A stretch of DNA of 40,000 bases, taken from NCBI RefSeq assembly GCF_003367505.1, contig NZ_PXXX01000022.1, forward strand, positions 17,625 through 57,624, in the 5' to 3' direction. The position numbers and the translations under genes are program-made. Under the pieces are notes generated by a model. It searched no databases and was not told the origin of the DNA. It saw only the letters and a program-made list of their open reading frames with translations. This document shows, piece after piece, positions 10,922-19,153 of the stretch (its first letter is position 1; each line of letters starts with the position of its first letter). Origin of the DNA: Lysinibacillus capsici (lineage in GTDB: Bacteria; Bacillota; Bacilli; Bacillales_A; Planococcaceae).

Positions 10922-11008
10922 ATGATGACTGTTACTTTTGTCTTAATTGGTTTAACATGGATAGTAATAGGAGCAACTTTTATTACTATTCGAAAAAATA
11001 AACGATAG
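10922..11008 (+). CDS. Small hydrophobic single-TM peptide
   Basis: ATG ATG ACT GTT ACT TTT GTC ... CGA TAG, about 28 aa: MMTVTFVLIGLTWIVIGATFITIRKNKR; upstream AGAGGA. Confidence 0.45.
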   Translation: MMTVTFVLIGLTWIVIGATFITIRKNKR

Positions 11009-11022
11009 GTGGCGGAAATTAT

Positions 11023-11256
11023 ATGTCTGAAAATTACTCTTTCAACTCACGTGAAGAATTAACAGAGTATATAATAGATGAAATCATTAATACAACTGAA
11101 GCATTAGAAATACTTCAATGCTCACGACAAAATCTGAACAACTTAGTGAAACGTGGTGTGTTAACACCAATTAAAGATCTACCGAGAGATAGATTGTTCT
11201 TTAAGGAAGATATTGTTAAGCGTAAAAATGATATGGATAAGAAAGCTAAAAATTAG
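11023..11256 (+). CDS. Helix-turn-helix DNA-binding protein
   Basis: 77 aa, EALEILQCSRQNLNNLVKRGVLTPIKDLPRDRLFFKEDIVKRK resembles MerR/excisionase-type HTH_17. Confidence 0.7.
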   Translation: MSENYSFNSREELTEYIIDEIINTTEALEILQCSRQNLNNLVKRGVLTPIKDLPRDRLFFKEDIVKRKNDMDKKAKN

Positions 11257-11281
11257 CACATCAAATTGGTGTGCTTTTTTT
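11254..11281 (+). terminator. Rho-independent terminator
   Basis: AGCACATC-AAATT-GGTGTGCT followed by TTTTTT. Confidence 0.85.
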
Positions 11282-11415
11282 ATCCTATATCCATACTTTA
11301 TATCGTTTTGTACCTTTACATTATAGGAAGGTAAGAATCAAGCAAACTCACGTAACTAACGCAAGATGTAAAAGGCTCGGTTATATTATGTGAAAAGAGT
11401 ACTGTTTTAAGGAGG

Positions 11416-11610
11416 TTGCTGTGGATGACAAACAATAAATTTTACTACGCATATTCACCTAATCTATATCGATATTTAAAGGCGACAGGTTTCCGTTATA
11501 TTTGTACTGGACTTAATGAATCAACCATGCGTCAGTTCTGGCAATATGAACGCACACCAGAACTAAGCGCAGCCCTTACGTCATATGCGGAGAATAAGCC
11601 TTCTAAATAA
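11416..11610 (+). CDS. Hypothetical protein
   Basis: 64 aa ORF with AAGGAGG upstream. Confidence 0.6.
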   Translation: MLWMTNNKFYYAYSPNLYRYLKATGFRYICTGLNESTMRQFWQYERTPELSAALTSYAENKPSK

Positions 11611-11634
11611 GGCAGTGCTAGGAGGTTAAGTGGA

Positions 11635-12108
11635 ATGATGGTAAATCAAACGAAACGTGGATTCGTACAGATTTCTAACGCTATATTCACGCACTATAAC
11701 TTTTATCCGAAGTATAATGGTACTTCAATACAAGTTTACGGGTATCTTACAAAATTAAATAACTCCGATTATGGATATGCATTTCCGACTAATATACAAG
11801 TTATGCGAGATTTAGGGATTAGCGATAAAACCTTTAATAATGCGGTAAAGACGCTTGTTGCTTGTGGATTGGTGACAGTTTGTAAACATAAAGGAGCGAT
11901 GTTTCACAACAACTTGTATTATGTACATGAACCTATAGAAGATATGACGGAGTTTTTCGCTAAGTATCCAGAAGCAAAAGAGGTGTGGGAAGCGAAACAA
12001 GCAACGGTTGATAAAGTAGCTAGACGAAAGTCAGTTGATAAAGAAGCGTATAAAGATGCTCAGACAGCAGCAAAAAGTGATGTAGACGCTGTTTTAGAAT
12101 GGTTATGA
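11635..12108 (+). CDS. Winged-helix (HTH_36-like) DNA-binding/replication-initiator-like protein
   Basis: YGYLTKLNNSDYGYAFPTNIQVMRDLGISDKTFNNAVKTLVACGLVTVCK. Confidence 0.7.
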   Translation: MMVNQTKRGFVQISNAIFTHYNFYPKYNGTSIQVYGYLTKLNNSDYGYAFPTNIQVMRDLGISDKTFNNAVKTLVACGLVTVCKHKGAMFHNNLYYVHEPIEDMTEFFAKYPEAKEVWEAKQATVDKVARRKSVDKEAYKDAQTAAKSDVDAVLEWL

Positions 12109-12118
12109 CAGATAGCAC

Positions 12119-12348
12119 ACAGTAGTTTTTACTGTACGACACAGTAAAATTTACTGTAAGGCACAGTAGTTTTTACTGCGTATAAATATTTACCGTATAA
12201 ATATTTACTTATAAATATTTACTATAAATAATTCCATTTACGATTATTTGCTAACGCAAATAATCGTAGCTATCAATAATAATATATCTTAGTGTAATTC
12301 TTTTAAATAATACGATAAAGAAATACACCTCACAGTAATTTTTACTGT
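12119..12348. repeat. Array of ACAGTA-N5-TACTGT palindromes with an AT-rich triple repeat and a hairpin
   Basis: Palindromes at 12119-12135, 12141-12157, 12163-12178 and 12332-12348; TATAAATATTTAC at 12181, 12196 and 12210; perfect inverted repeat at 12239-12268. Confidence 0.85.
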
Positions 12349-12385
12349 GCGCTATTTGCGATGTTATTAATGGTAAAACTAAAGT

Positions 12386-12420
12386 AAAAAAAGACACCCT
12401 AACAATAAATTAAGGCGTCA
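12386..12420 (-). terminator. Rho-independent terminator for reverse-strand genes
   Basis: Reverse strand GACGCCTTAA-TTTATTG-TTAGGGTGTC followed by TTTTTTT. Confidence 0.75.
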
Positions 12421-12431
12421 ACAATCATTGA

Positions 12432-12548
12432 TTATTCTATATGTGATTCGTATTTTCTCGGATTTGGCTGGTCTTTTTCAAGTAGCCATACACGACCAAT
12501 CTTACGACAAAAGACTTCTCGCGGCACTTTTTTAGTCGTTGTTTTCAC
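12432..12548 (-). CDS. Small hypothetical protein (38 aa)
   Basis: GTG start, VKTTTKKVPREVFCRKIGRVWLLEKDQPNPRKYESHIE; overlaps the end of the upstream reverse gene, just before the reverse-strand terminator. Confidence 0.35.
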   Translation of the reverse strand: MKTTTKKVPREVFCRKIGRVWLLEKDQPNPRKYESHIE

Positions 12549-12729
12549 CTCGTTTGTTGATTATTTCTAGTATGGTGTTAACTATGAAAAGAATGACAAT
12601 TAAGACGTACAGTGCTATGAAAAAATAGTCTGACGTCGTTAGATTATTAAAGTCTGTTGTCCGAGGAATTAAAATGCTCAGTGCAATGATGATAGCAATG
12701 TCAAATATTCGTTTGAGAGTCGTTTGCAT
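12532..12729 (-). CDS. Small membrane protein
   Basis: 65 aa with two predicted hydrophobic segments. Confidence 0.55.
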   Translation of the reverse strand: MQTTLKRIFDIAIIIALSILIPRTTDFNNLTTSDYFFIALYVLIVILFIVNTILEIINKRGENND

Positions 12730-12788
12730 ATTGTTAGTGGTTACGATAAAATACTAAGTATAAAGGAGGCGCTAACCTCCTTCATATG

Positions 12789-12995
12789 CTACTTGCGACG
12801 TTTTCCTTTGCGATGGGGGCGTCGCTTTTTGTTGTTCTTACGCTTGTTATTCTTTAATTGCTGTATGTTGAGAGCAAATGAAGAAAGTCCGCCTAAGATA
12901 CCAACAATTGTAGCTATGTGTTTTAGTATAGCTTCGTAATCCACTTGGTTCACCTCCTTTTCTATACTCTTATTATAACATTCGCATTGACCCAC
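12789..12995 (-). CDS. Small membrane protein with very basic C-terminus
   Basis: KHIATIVGILGGLSSFALNIQQLKNNKRKNNKKRRPHRKGKRRK; likely real start is an internal GTG after GAGGTG (MDYEAILK...). Confidence 0.5.
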   Translation of the reverse strand: MGQCECYNKSIEKEVNQVDYEAILKHIATIVGILGGLSSFALNIQQLKNNKRKNNKKRRPHRKGKRRK

Positions 12996-13065
12996 GTCTA
13001 TATAAAATACCGTATTTTTAACGTTAATTTACCGTAAAATTTTAAGAAAGGAACGATGCTAGGAT

Positions 13066-13437
13066 ATGACTAAATTAAACGATAAACAAATTGCTGCTAT
13101 TACGATACTAAGTCAACCGAAACGTGGTGGGCTTACTTATAAAGAAGTTGCAGAGGAAGTTGGAGTAGCAGAGTCAACACTGCATTTGTGGCGCAAAAAT
13201 GACGCATTTAATGAAGAACTAAAGCGACAGATTATGCGTGATACGATTGATAGATTACCAGAAGTAATGGCGTCTATACCTGATCATATTATTAATGACG
13301 GCAATGCAGCGTTATTCAGAACGTTATTACAAGCGCATCAAATGCTAACAGAGAAAGTTGAAGTGTCAGACGGTAATAAAGGTACAGATATTGATGCGAT
13401 TAAGGCAGAGATTGAACGTATGAGAAAAGGTGAGTGA
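13066..13437 (+). CDS. Terminase small subunit-like (helix-turn-helix, phBC6A51-type)
   Basis: LNDKQIAAITILSQPKRGGLTYKEVAEEVGVAESTLHLWRKNDAFNEEL; AAAGGA RBS; upstream of the large terminase. Confidence 0.82.
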   Translation: MTKLNDKQIAAITILSQPKRGGLTYKEVAEEVGVAESTLHLWRKNDAFNEELKRQIMRDTIDRLPEVMASIPDHIINDGNAALFRTLLQAHQMLTEKVEVSDGNKGTDIDAIKAEIERMRKGE

Positions 13438-14102
13438 TTGGGAGAAACTCCGAAAAGGGGAATGAATAGTCTATTTATATAGGAAGAAACTATGAATAGT
13501 AGACGAATTGGTGTACGAGCGGTTCGGAGTGTGTAGTGTGGTTTATTGGGCAACAGCCGAGAATGGACGCGTACCTAAAACGCTTTGAAAGATAGGGTGT
13601 ATATGGATAGTATAGAGGCGGTAGGATATGCAGGATTTTATACAAATATAAGAGAAATCGCTATCCGATTACTATTAGTAAGTGTACGTAAATAGAGGGA
13701 TTATGGCGTGTGTATAAGAATTTGCATACGCTTATTTTACCTACAAAAGACAAACGTTGATATATCAATGGTTGAAGATAAATCTATTTTACATAATTAA
13801 GCTTATGGGAAGTTAGAAACGAATAATTATTCACTCACTATTCAATGCGTTAAATAAACGTTAATGATTTGAAATTCTCCCAAGCCGCCTATTTTCAAAT
13901 CGCTGTTTCTGATGGCAAACAAATCAGCGCACCAAAATTTCACTTTGGTCTTACGGAAAGCAACCGTTAATTTGTATCATTGTTTAACGGTTCTAACGTA
14001 GCCTACACGTCGTTCTGCGTAATCAAAAGATAAAATATAAGGAACGTATTTAAAACGCTAAATAAACGCGAATAAACAGCTAAAATGAAAGGAGGCGCTA
14101 AT

Positions 14103-15833
14103 ATGGCGTGGGTAAATGGAGAATGGTTAGATCGAAATAAACGCGAAGCATTAATCGCAGTGTATCGTGAGTACATCGATACTATAGACGCAAAGTATTC
14201 GGATTCAGCCGGCGAAGTCGATATTGACGGCATCATTAGCGCTGGCCTTATCGAAGATTATCACGCAAGGTTGAAAGAGCTTAATCGCCTAGAACGTATC
14301 CATCGATGTGAGGACGATTTACTTTACTTCGTCTATCAGTATTTTGCGGACGAGTATAATCCGGAAAACGAAGTCAACTTAATTCCGAAGGGGCAGCGAT
14401 ATGAAGATGCGGCGGAGTTTCACAAGGAATTGTGTAGATTGCTTGATGATATAGCAAAAGGAAAGTCTGCATCAAACGTAGCATGGTCGGTAGGCCGACG
14501 CCACGCAAAGACCGCATATTTGTCTAACGCATTTTTATGCCACCAAGTTGTGTATCGCAAACAAAAGTATATCATCGAAGTATCGGAAACTACAGACGTA
14601 GCAGCCGATTTCATAAAGTTTACTGCGCAAAATCTAAAGTTTAATGAGCGCTTACGTGCGGACTTTGGCGAACTATTGTTCCAAAAATCACAAGCTAACG
14701 AAGTTGATAATAAGCTTGAATTTATTACGACTAGCGGTACGAAGGTCGAAGCTAAAGGGATGGGAACGCAAATGAGGGGACTTCGACACCTTAGCGAACG
14801 CCCTGGGCTTTTTTTGCTAGACGATTTAGAAAGCAACTCGAATACCAATACGCCAGAACTTCGAACAAAGAATCTTCACTGGTTTCGTTCCGAAATGATG
14901 GAGGCGTTAGGTTTCGGTGGTATTTGTATCTATATGGGTACTATTCTTGGGCCAGATTCATTGCTTAACCACGTAATCACACAAAGAAAAGACTTTATCA
15001 GCCGTAAGTTCCCTGCGATTTTATCCTGGACAAAGCGCGAGGATTTATGGGATCAGTGGCGTGAGATTTATAATAGCGACGATGTAGCTTCCAATGAAAA
15101 AGCAAACGCCTTTTACGTAGAAAACGAAAAAGAGATGCTACACGGAACTAAAACGTTATGGCCACAGATGTACTCATATAAATACTTTATGGAAAAACGT
15201 GAATCAATGGGTGGGAGAGCGTTCAACCAGGAGTATCTCGGAAATCCTACCGACCCGGATTCACAAATTTTTAAACCAGAAGAATTTTCTTATTTCTACG
15301 AATCTGAATTAGACGGAATGAAAGTCGATTATTATGCGGCTGTGGACTTTGCAATGGGAAAAGAAAAGGGCGATTACTCTGCTATTATTACGCTAGCAAA
15401 GAATCAAGAGACAGGGACTTGCTACGTAGTTGATACATTTATCGAACGAGTACACCCGGATAAATTGCTCGAAACAATCGTAGAGAAGGCACTTAAATAT
15501 CAATACGCTGGAATTGCGGTAGAGGCACAACAGGCACAAGAGTGGTTCGCTCATAAGGTAAAAGAAGAGTTACATCGAAAAGGTTATCCAGGAAGTACAC
15601 GAGTAAAGGAAGTTAAACAACGGATGCGAAAGGCGCTGCGCATTGAAGCGTTGTTGCCAGATATACAAAACGGTAATATCCGATTTAATAAAGGGCATCG
15701 ATTATTAATTGAGCAATTAGAACTGTATCCGAATGCTCGGCACGATGACGGCCCGGATGCACTTGCGATGGCATACGATGTCGCAAGAAGTGTACGTAAG
15801 ATAGAATTACAGCAAAAGCCATCATGGTTATAA
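14103..15833 (+). CDS. Terminase large subunit
   Basis: ATPase region ASNVAWSVGRRHAKTAYLSNAF, LFLLDDLESNSN, nuclease DYYAAVDFAMGKEKGDYSAII..DGPDALAMAYD. AAAGGAGG precedes ATG 14103 (the track opens at 14085). Confidence 0.93.
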   Translation: MAWVNGEWLDRNKREALIAVYREYIDTIDAKYSDSAGEVDIDGIISAGLIEDYHARLKELNRLERIHRCEDDLLYFVYQYFADEYNPENEVNLIPKGQRYEDAAEFHKELCRLLDDIAKGKSASNVAWSVGRRHAKTAYLSNAFLCHQVVYRKQKYIIEVSETTDVAADFIKFTAQNLKFNERLRADFGELLFQKSQANEVDNKLEFITTSGTKVEAKGMGTQMRGLRHLSERPGLFLLDDLESNSNTNTPELRTKNLHWFRSEMMEALGFGGICIYMGTILGPDSLLNHVITQRKDFISRKFPAILSWTKREDLWDQWREIYNSDDVASNEKANAFYVENEKEMLHGTKTLWPQMYSYKYFMEKRESMGGRAFNQEYLGNPTDPDSQIFKPEEFSYFYESELDGMKVDYYAAVDFAMGKEKGDYSAIITLAKNQETGTCYVVDTFIERVHPDKLLETIVEKALKYQYAGIAVEAQQAQEWFAHKVKEELHRKGYPGSTRVKEVKQRMRKALRIEALLPDIQNGNIRFNKGHRLLIEQLELYPNARHDDGPDALAMAYDVARSVRKIELQQKPSWL

Positions 15834-15866
15834 GAACGTAAATATGACGTAAAGGAGGAGACCAAG

Positions 15867-17453
15867 ATCGGACTATTTAGAAAGAACGACAAAGAAATGC
15901 AAGAAACGGGAACTGTCACCTACACATATGACGCATTTAAACCTGGCGAACAATTTCCGCCAGCTAACGCAATTGAACGTATAGCAAAGTATCGACGTAT
16001 GAAAAAGTTATATGACGGAAAACAGTCCGAACTATATGATAGAGCAACAGCGCTCCTAAAAGATACGCCACATGCTAAACAATTACAGTCACTCTATATT
16101 GCAGCCAATATTGCCGACATCATTGTTACGAAAGCAAGTGATTTACTTGTCGGAGAACCACCAATCTTCGATAGCGGATTAGCAGACGATACGGAGCAAC
16201 AATTTGCAATTAACTCCTACGTTGAGGAAAACGATCTTGTTAAGTTAATTCACGAATCTGCGCTTGCTAATGGTTATCGTGGCGATTCATGGATTAAAGT
16301 TCGTTACGACTATCGCCAGGACTATAGCGCTCTAACAATGAGAGGCCTACCTATCCCAGACGATGCGGTAATGGAGCCTATTATCGAACATATTGCCGCA
16401 GACTGTGTATTCCCAATTACAAGTGACGGTAACGTGAAGAAGTTTAAGTCAGTAGTCATTGCAAGCGTAGAATGGGTAGTTTCTAAAAAGGAAGAAACAC
16501 CGTACTTAAACGTTGAGCACCACCTGCCAGGCTATATCATTAATGAGCGATATAAACTTACGACTTATGAAGGTGGAGTTGACAACAAATACGGCTATCC
16601 AGTACAGCTTTTCTTAATTGATAAAAAGGTCAGCGATAGCGAAATTGTTCCGACAGGAGTTCCGCACTTACTCGTTCATCACATTCCATATAAATCAACG
16701 GACGACCAATGGGAGGGTAAAGGAACATTAGAAGTGCTAGAAACGATTTTAATTGCGATAAATGACCGATTAGCGCAGCTCGATTATGTTCTATGGAAGC
16801 ATAGTGATCCGACAGCGTATGGACCAGAACTAGGGACGCATGGTAACGCAAGATTAACAGGCGCTTATATTCCTTTAACTGCCGAAGATAAAACACCAGG
16901 CTATATGACGTGGGATGGACAGTTGAATAGTGCATTTAAAGAACTTGAAACATTGATTGGCATGGCGTTTCAAATCGCAGAAACTCCGCAATGGCTATTC
17001 GGTACTGTACTTGGAGATCAAAACGCTGGAGGAACAGGCACATCGCATACAGATGGCGCTGCTATTAAAGCGCGCTTTATGCCAATATTGACGAAAGTAG
17101 CTCGTATTAGAACGCACTACGACCGCGCTCTACGAGATGCACTATATAACTGCCAATTGCTTGATATAGCGCATGGCGAAGCTAATTTCGAAGCAGTCTA
17201 TCCGGTTATTCACTGGCAAGATGGCTTACCTCATTCCGAAAAAGAGCAAGCCGAAATTATGGCAATTCGTACTGGCAATAAGCCGACAATTGACGTAGCT
17301 ACAGCGATTAAACGTATGGACGGTGTAGACGACATTCAAGCTACCGAAATCATGACGCGGATTGATGCCGATACAGAGCGTGAAGTTGGTACAGTCGATG
17401 CTTCCATCTTTAATGACCCTTATACAGAAATGGACGAAGGGACTGACGCCTGA
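15867..17453 (+). CDS. Portal protein (SPP1 gp6-like)
   Basis: LYIAANIADIIVTKASDLLVGEPPIF, WLFGTVLGDQNAGGTGTSHTDG. Possible ATC start at 15867 (MGLFRKNDKEMQ...); otherwise ATG 15897. Confidence 0.9.
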   Translation: MGLFRKNDKEMQETGTVTYTYDAFKPGEQFPPANAIERIAKYRRMKKLYDGKQSELYDRATALLKDTPHAKQLQSLYIAANIADIIVTKASDLLVGEPPIFDSGLADDTEQQFAINSYVEENDLVKLIHESALANGYRGDSWIKVRYDYRQDYSALTMRGLPIPDDAVMEPIIEHIAADCVFPITSDGNVKKFKSVVIASVEWVVSKKEETPYLNVEHHLPGYIINERYKLTTYEGGVDNKYGYPVQLFLIDKKVSDSEIVPTGVPHLLVHHIPYKSTDDQWEGKGTLEVLETILIAINDRLAQLDYVLWKHSDPTAYGPELGTHGNARLTGAYIPLTAEDKTPGYMTWDGQLNSAFKELETLIGMAFQIAETPQWLFGTVLGDQNAGGTGTSHTDGAAIKARFMPILTKVARIRTHYDRALRDALYNCQLLDIAHGEANFEAVYPVIHWQDGLPHSEKEQAEIMAIRTGNKPTIDVATAIKRMDGVDDIQATEIMTRIDADTEREVGTVDASIFNDPYTEMDEGTDA

Positions 17454-18733
17454 TGCGTGAAGTACCTCAGCCAGATTACGATTATGATGTTAAAAAGATA
17501 CAAAAAGCTTATACAAAAGCATTAAAAGACGTAAAAAATGAACTTAATAACTTATTTCTTACGGATTTCGAGAGCGCGCAGATCATCGCCGTTGAAAAGT
17601 CTATCCGTAACATATTATCCGACATTGAAAAATACGGAAATGAATGGTCTGCCGTCGCCATAACTAAATCAGCAACAGAAGGTATCGCATCGACTATTTA
17701 TACTTTAGAGCTTACTAAGTCTTATGAGGATGCTCTTAAAATTGTAAAATTTAATACGGTAAATAAACGACTTATTGCTGCAGCTATAGCAGATACTCAG
17801 TCAGATTTACTCGCAATAACGCAAAACATGGAGCGACAAGCAAAGATAGCAATTAGAAAAGCAACGGCCGAAGCCATGCGCGCTAAACTTACGTCTGGTA
17901 TTAACGCTACATCTGACATATCAAAAGAGATACGGGAACGTATCATTAATGCCACCGGCGTTGCGATTATTGACTCTAGGGGGAATCGATGGAAAGTTGA
18001 AAACTACGCAGATGTAGTCGCCAGAACTAATATGATGAACGCGCATCGCGAAGCAAGTATTAACGAAGCGTTATCGGAAGAGTCTTACTATGGTCGAATT
18101 AGTCGTCATGGAGCTAAGGACGCTTGCAGAGAATATGAAGGTAAAATCGTAAAATTAGTAGCAGATGCACCTGGAGATTACCCTTACATTGGCGATATAC
18201 CAAGAAAAAAACTGTTCCATCCTCGTTGCAAACATTTGGTCAGCCCTTTGCGTGATCCAGAGAAGTATAATAACCCAAACGTATGGGAGAAAAAACCAAC
18301 AGAATCAACACTTAAACATGCTAATCTAGGAGACTTTACGATAAAACCTCGCACACAAGAGATTTCTAAAATGAAAAGTGGAGGGCATGGTCAAGATAAT
18401 ATTAGTTTCTTAAAAGAAAATAATATTGATTACAATATTGAAAAGATTTTTTCTAACGGAGTTCGCATAGGTAACGTTCCTAGTCATAAGTCTAAAACAA
18501 AGAAAACTGGAGTAGGGCAGTCATGGTTTCCTGAAAATTGGACTAAAGATGATATTGAAAAAGCAGGTTTACATGTAGCCAACAATCCTGATAATAAAAT
18601 TGTTAACGGATTTCAAATATTTGGCGTTTACAAGAATATTGAAATTGGTGTATTTTTAAACTTAGACAATAATAAAGTTATCAGTACTATTTTCCCTACA
18701 AATAAGCAATCTCATTTAGAGGAAGGTGATTAG
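17453..18733 (+). CDS. Phage minor head protein (MuF/SPP1 gp7-like) fused to a C-terminal EndoU-like nuclease domain
   Basis: MuF region TNMMNAHREASINEAL...HPRCKHLVSPLRDPEKY; C-terminus GGHGQDNISFLKENNIDYNIEKIFSNGVRIGNVPSHKSKTKKTGVGQSWFPENWTKDDIEKAG...TIFPTNKQ resembles bacterial EndoU. Confidence 0.88.
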   Translation: MREVPQPDYDYDVKKIQKAYTKALKDVKNELNNLFLTDFESAQIIAVEKSIRNILSDIEKYGNEWSAVAITKSATEGIASTIYTLELTKSYEDALKIVKFNTVNKRLIAAAIADTQSDLLAITQNMERQAKIAIRKATAEAMRAKLTSGINATSDISKEIRERIINATGVAIIDSRGNRWKVENYADVVARTNMMNAHREASINEALSEESYYGRISRHGAKDACREYEGKIVKLVADAPGDYPYIGDIPRKKLFHPRCKHLVSPLRDPEKYNNPNVWEKKPTESTLKHANLGDFTIKPRTQEISKMKSGGHGQDNISFLKENNIDYNIEKIFSNGVRIGNVPSHKSKTKKTGVGQSWFPENWTKDDIEKAGLHVANNPDNKIVNGFQIFGVYKNIEIGVFLNLDNNKVISTIFPTNKQSHLEEGD

Positions 18734-18735
18734 AT

Positions 18736-19038
18736 TTGATTAACACAGGTAACATTACGAATATTATTGAGAAAATGAAAAAATTGCACATAAACGATCC
18801 CGCAATCGAAAATTATTGGAATCAGTTGGTTTTAGAATTTAATGATGAAAAAGAAACAATTCATTTTTTGGATACATGTACCGAAGAAGAAGCTTCTTGG
18901 ATTTCATCAATTTTTGACGACTTGGCACACGTATTTCAAAGTAAAGAATACGCTGATTGCCTCAAAAGACTTGATAAAAAATATCCTAATTTACTAATAT
19001 CGCTCGATATAGAAATAGCAGAATCTTATCTTTCTTAA
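18736..19038 (+). CDS. Candidate immunity protein for the MuF-EndoU toxin
   Basis: 100 aa acidic ORF, 2 nt after the toxin stop, GGAAGGTG RBS, WISSIFDDLAHVFQSKEYADCLKRLDKKYPNLLISLDIEIAESY. Confidence 0.75.
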   Translation: MINTGNITNIIEKMKKLHINDPAIENYWNQLVLEFNDEKETIHFLDTCTEEEASWISSIFDDLAHVFQSKEYADCLKRLDKKYPNLLISLDIEIAESYLS

Positions 19039-19039
19039 A

Positions 19040-19076
19040 ACCGCACTCTGAGAAATAAATGAGTTGCGGTATTTTT
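19040..19076 (+). terminator. Terminator-like hairpin after candidate immunity gene
   Basis: ACCGCACTC ... GAGTTGCGGT followed by ATTTTTAT (one bulged T). Confidence 0.75.
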
Positions 19077-19153
19077 ATGTCCGAACGGAAAGGACGTTAA
19101 ATAATAACGGAAACTACAGCCTACGTAGGCTCAAAAAACGGAGGTAATACGCT

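Noticed and set aside
12119-12348. CRISPR array
   Set aside because: Repeats are short palindromes at 22-bp pitch with no unique spacers, and no cas genes are present.
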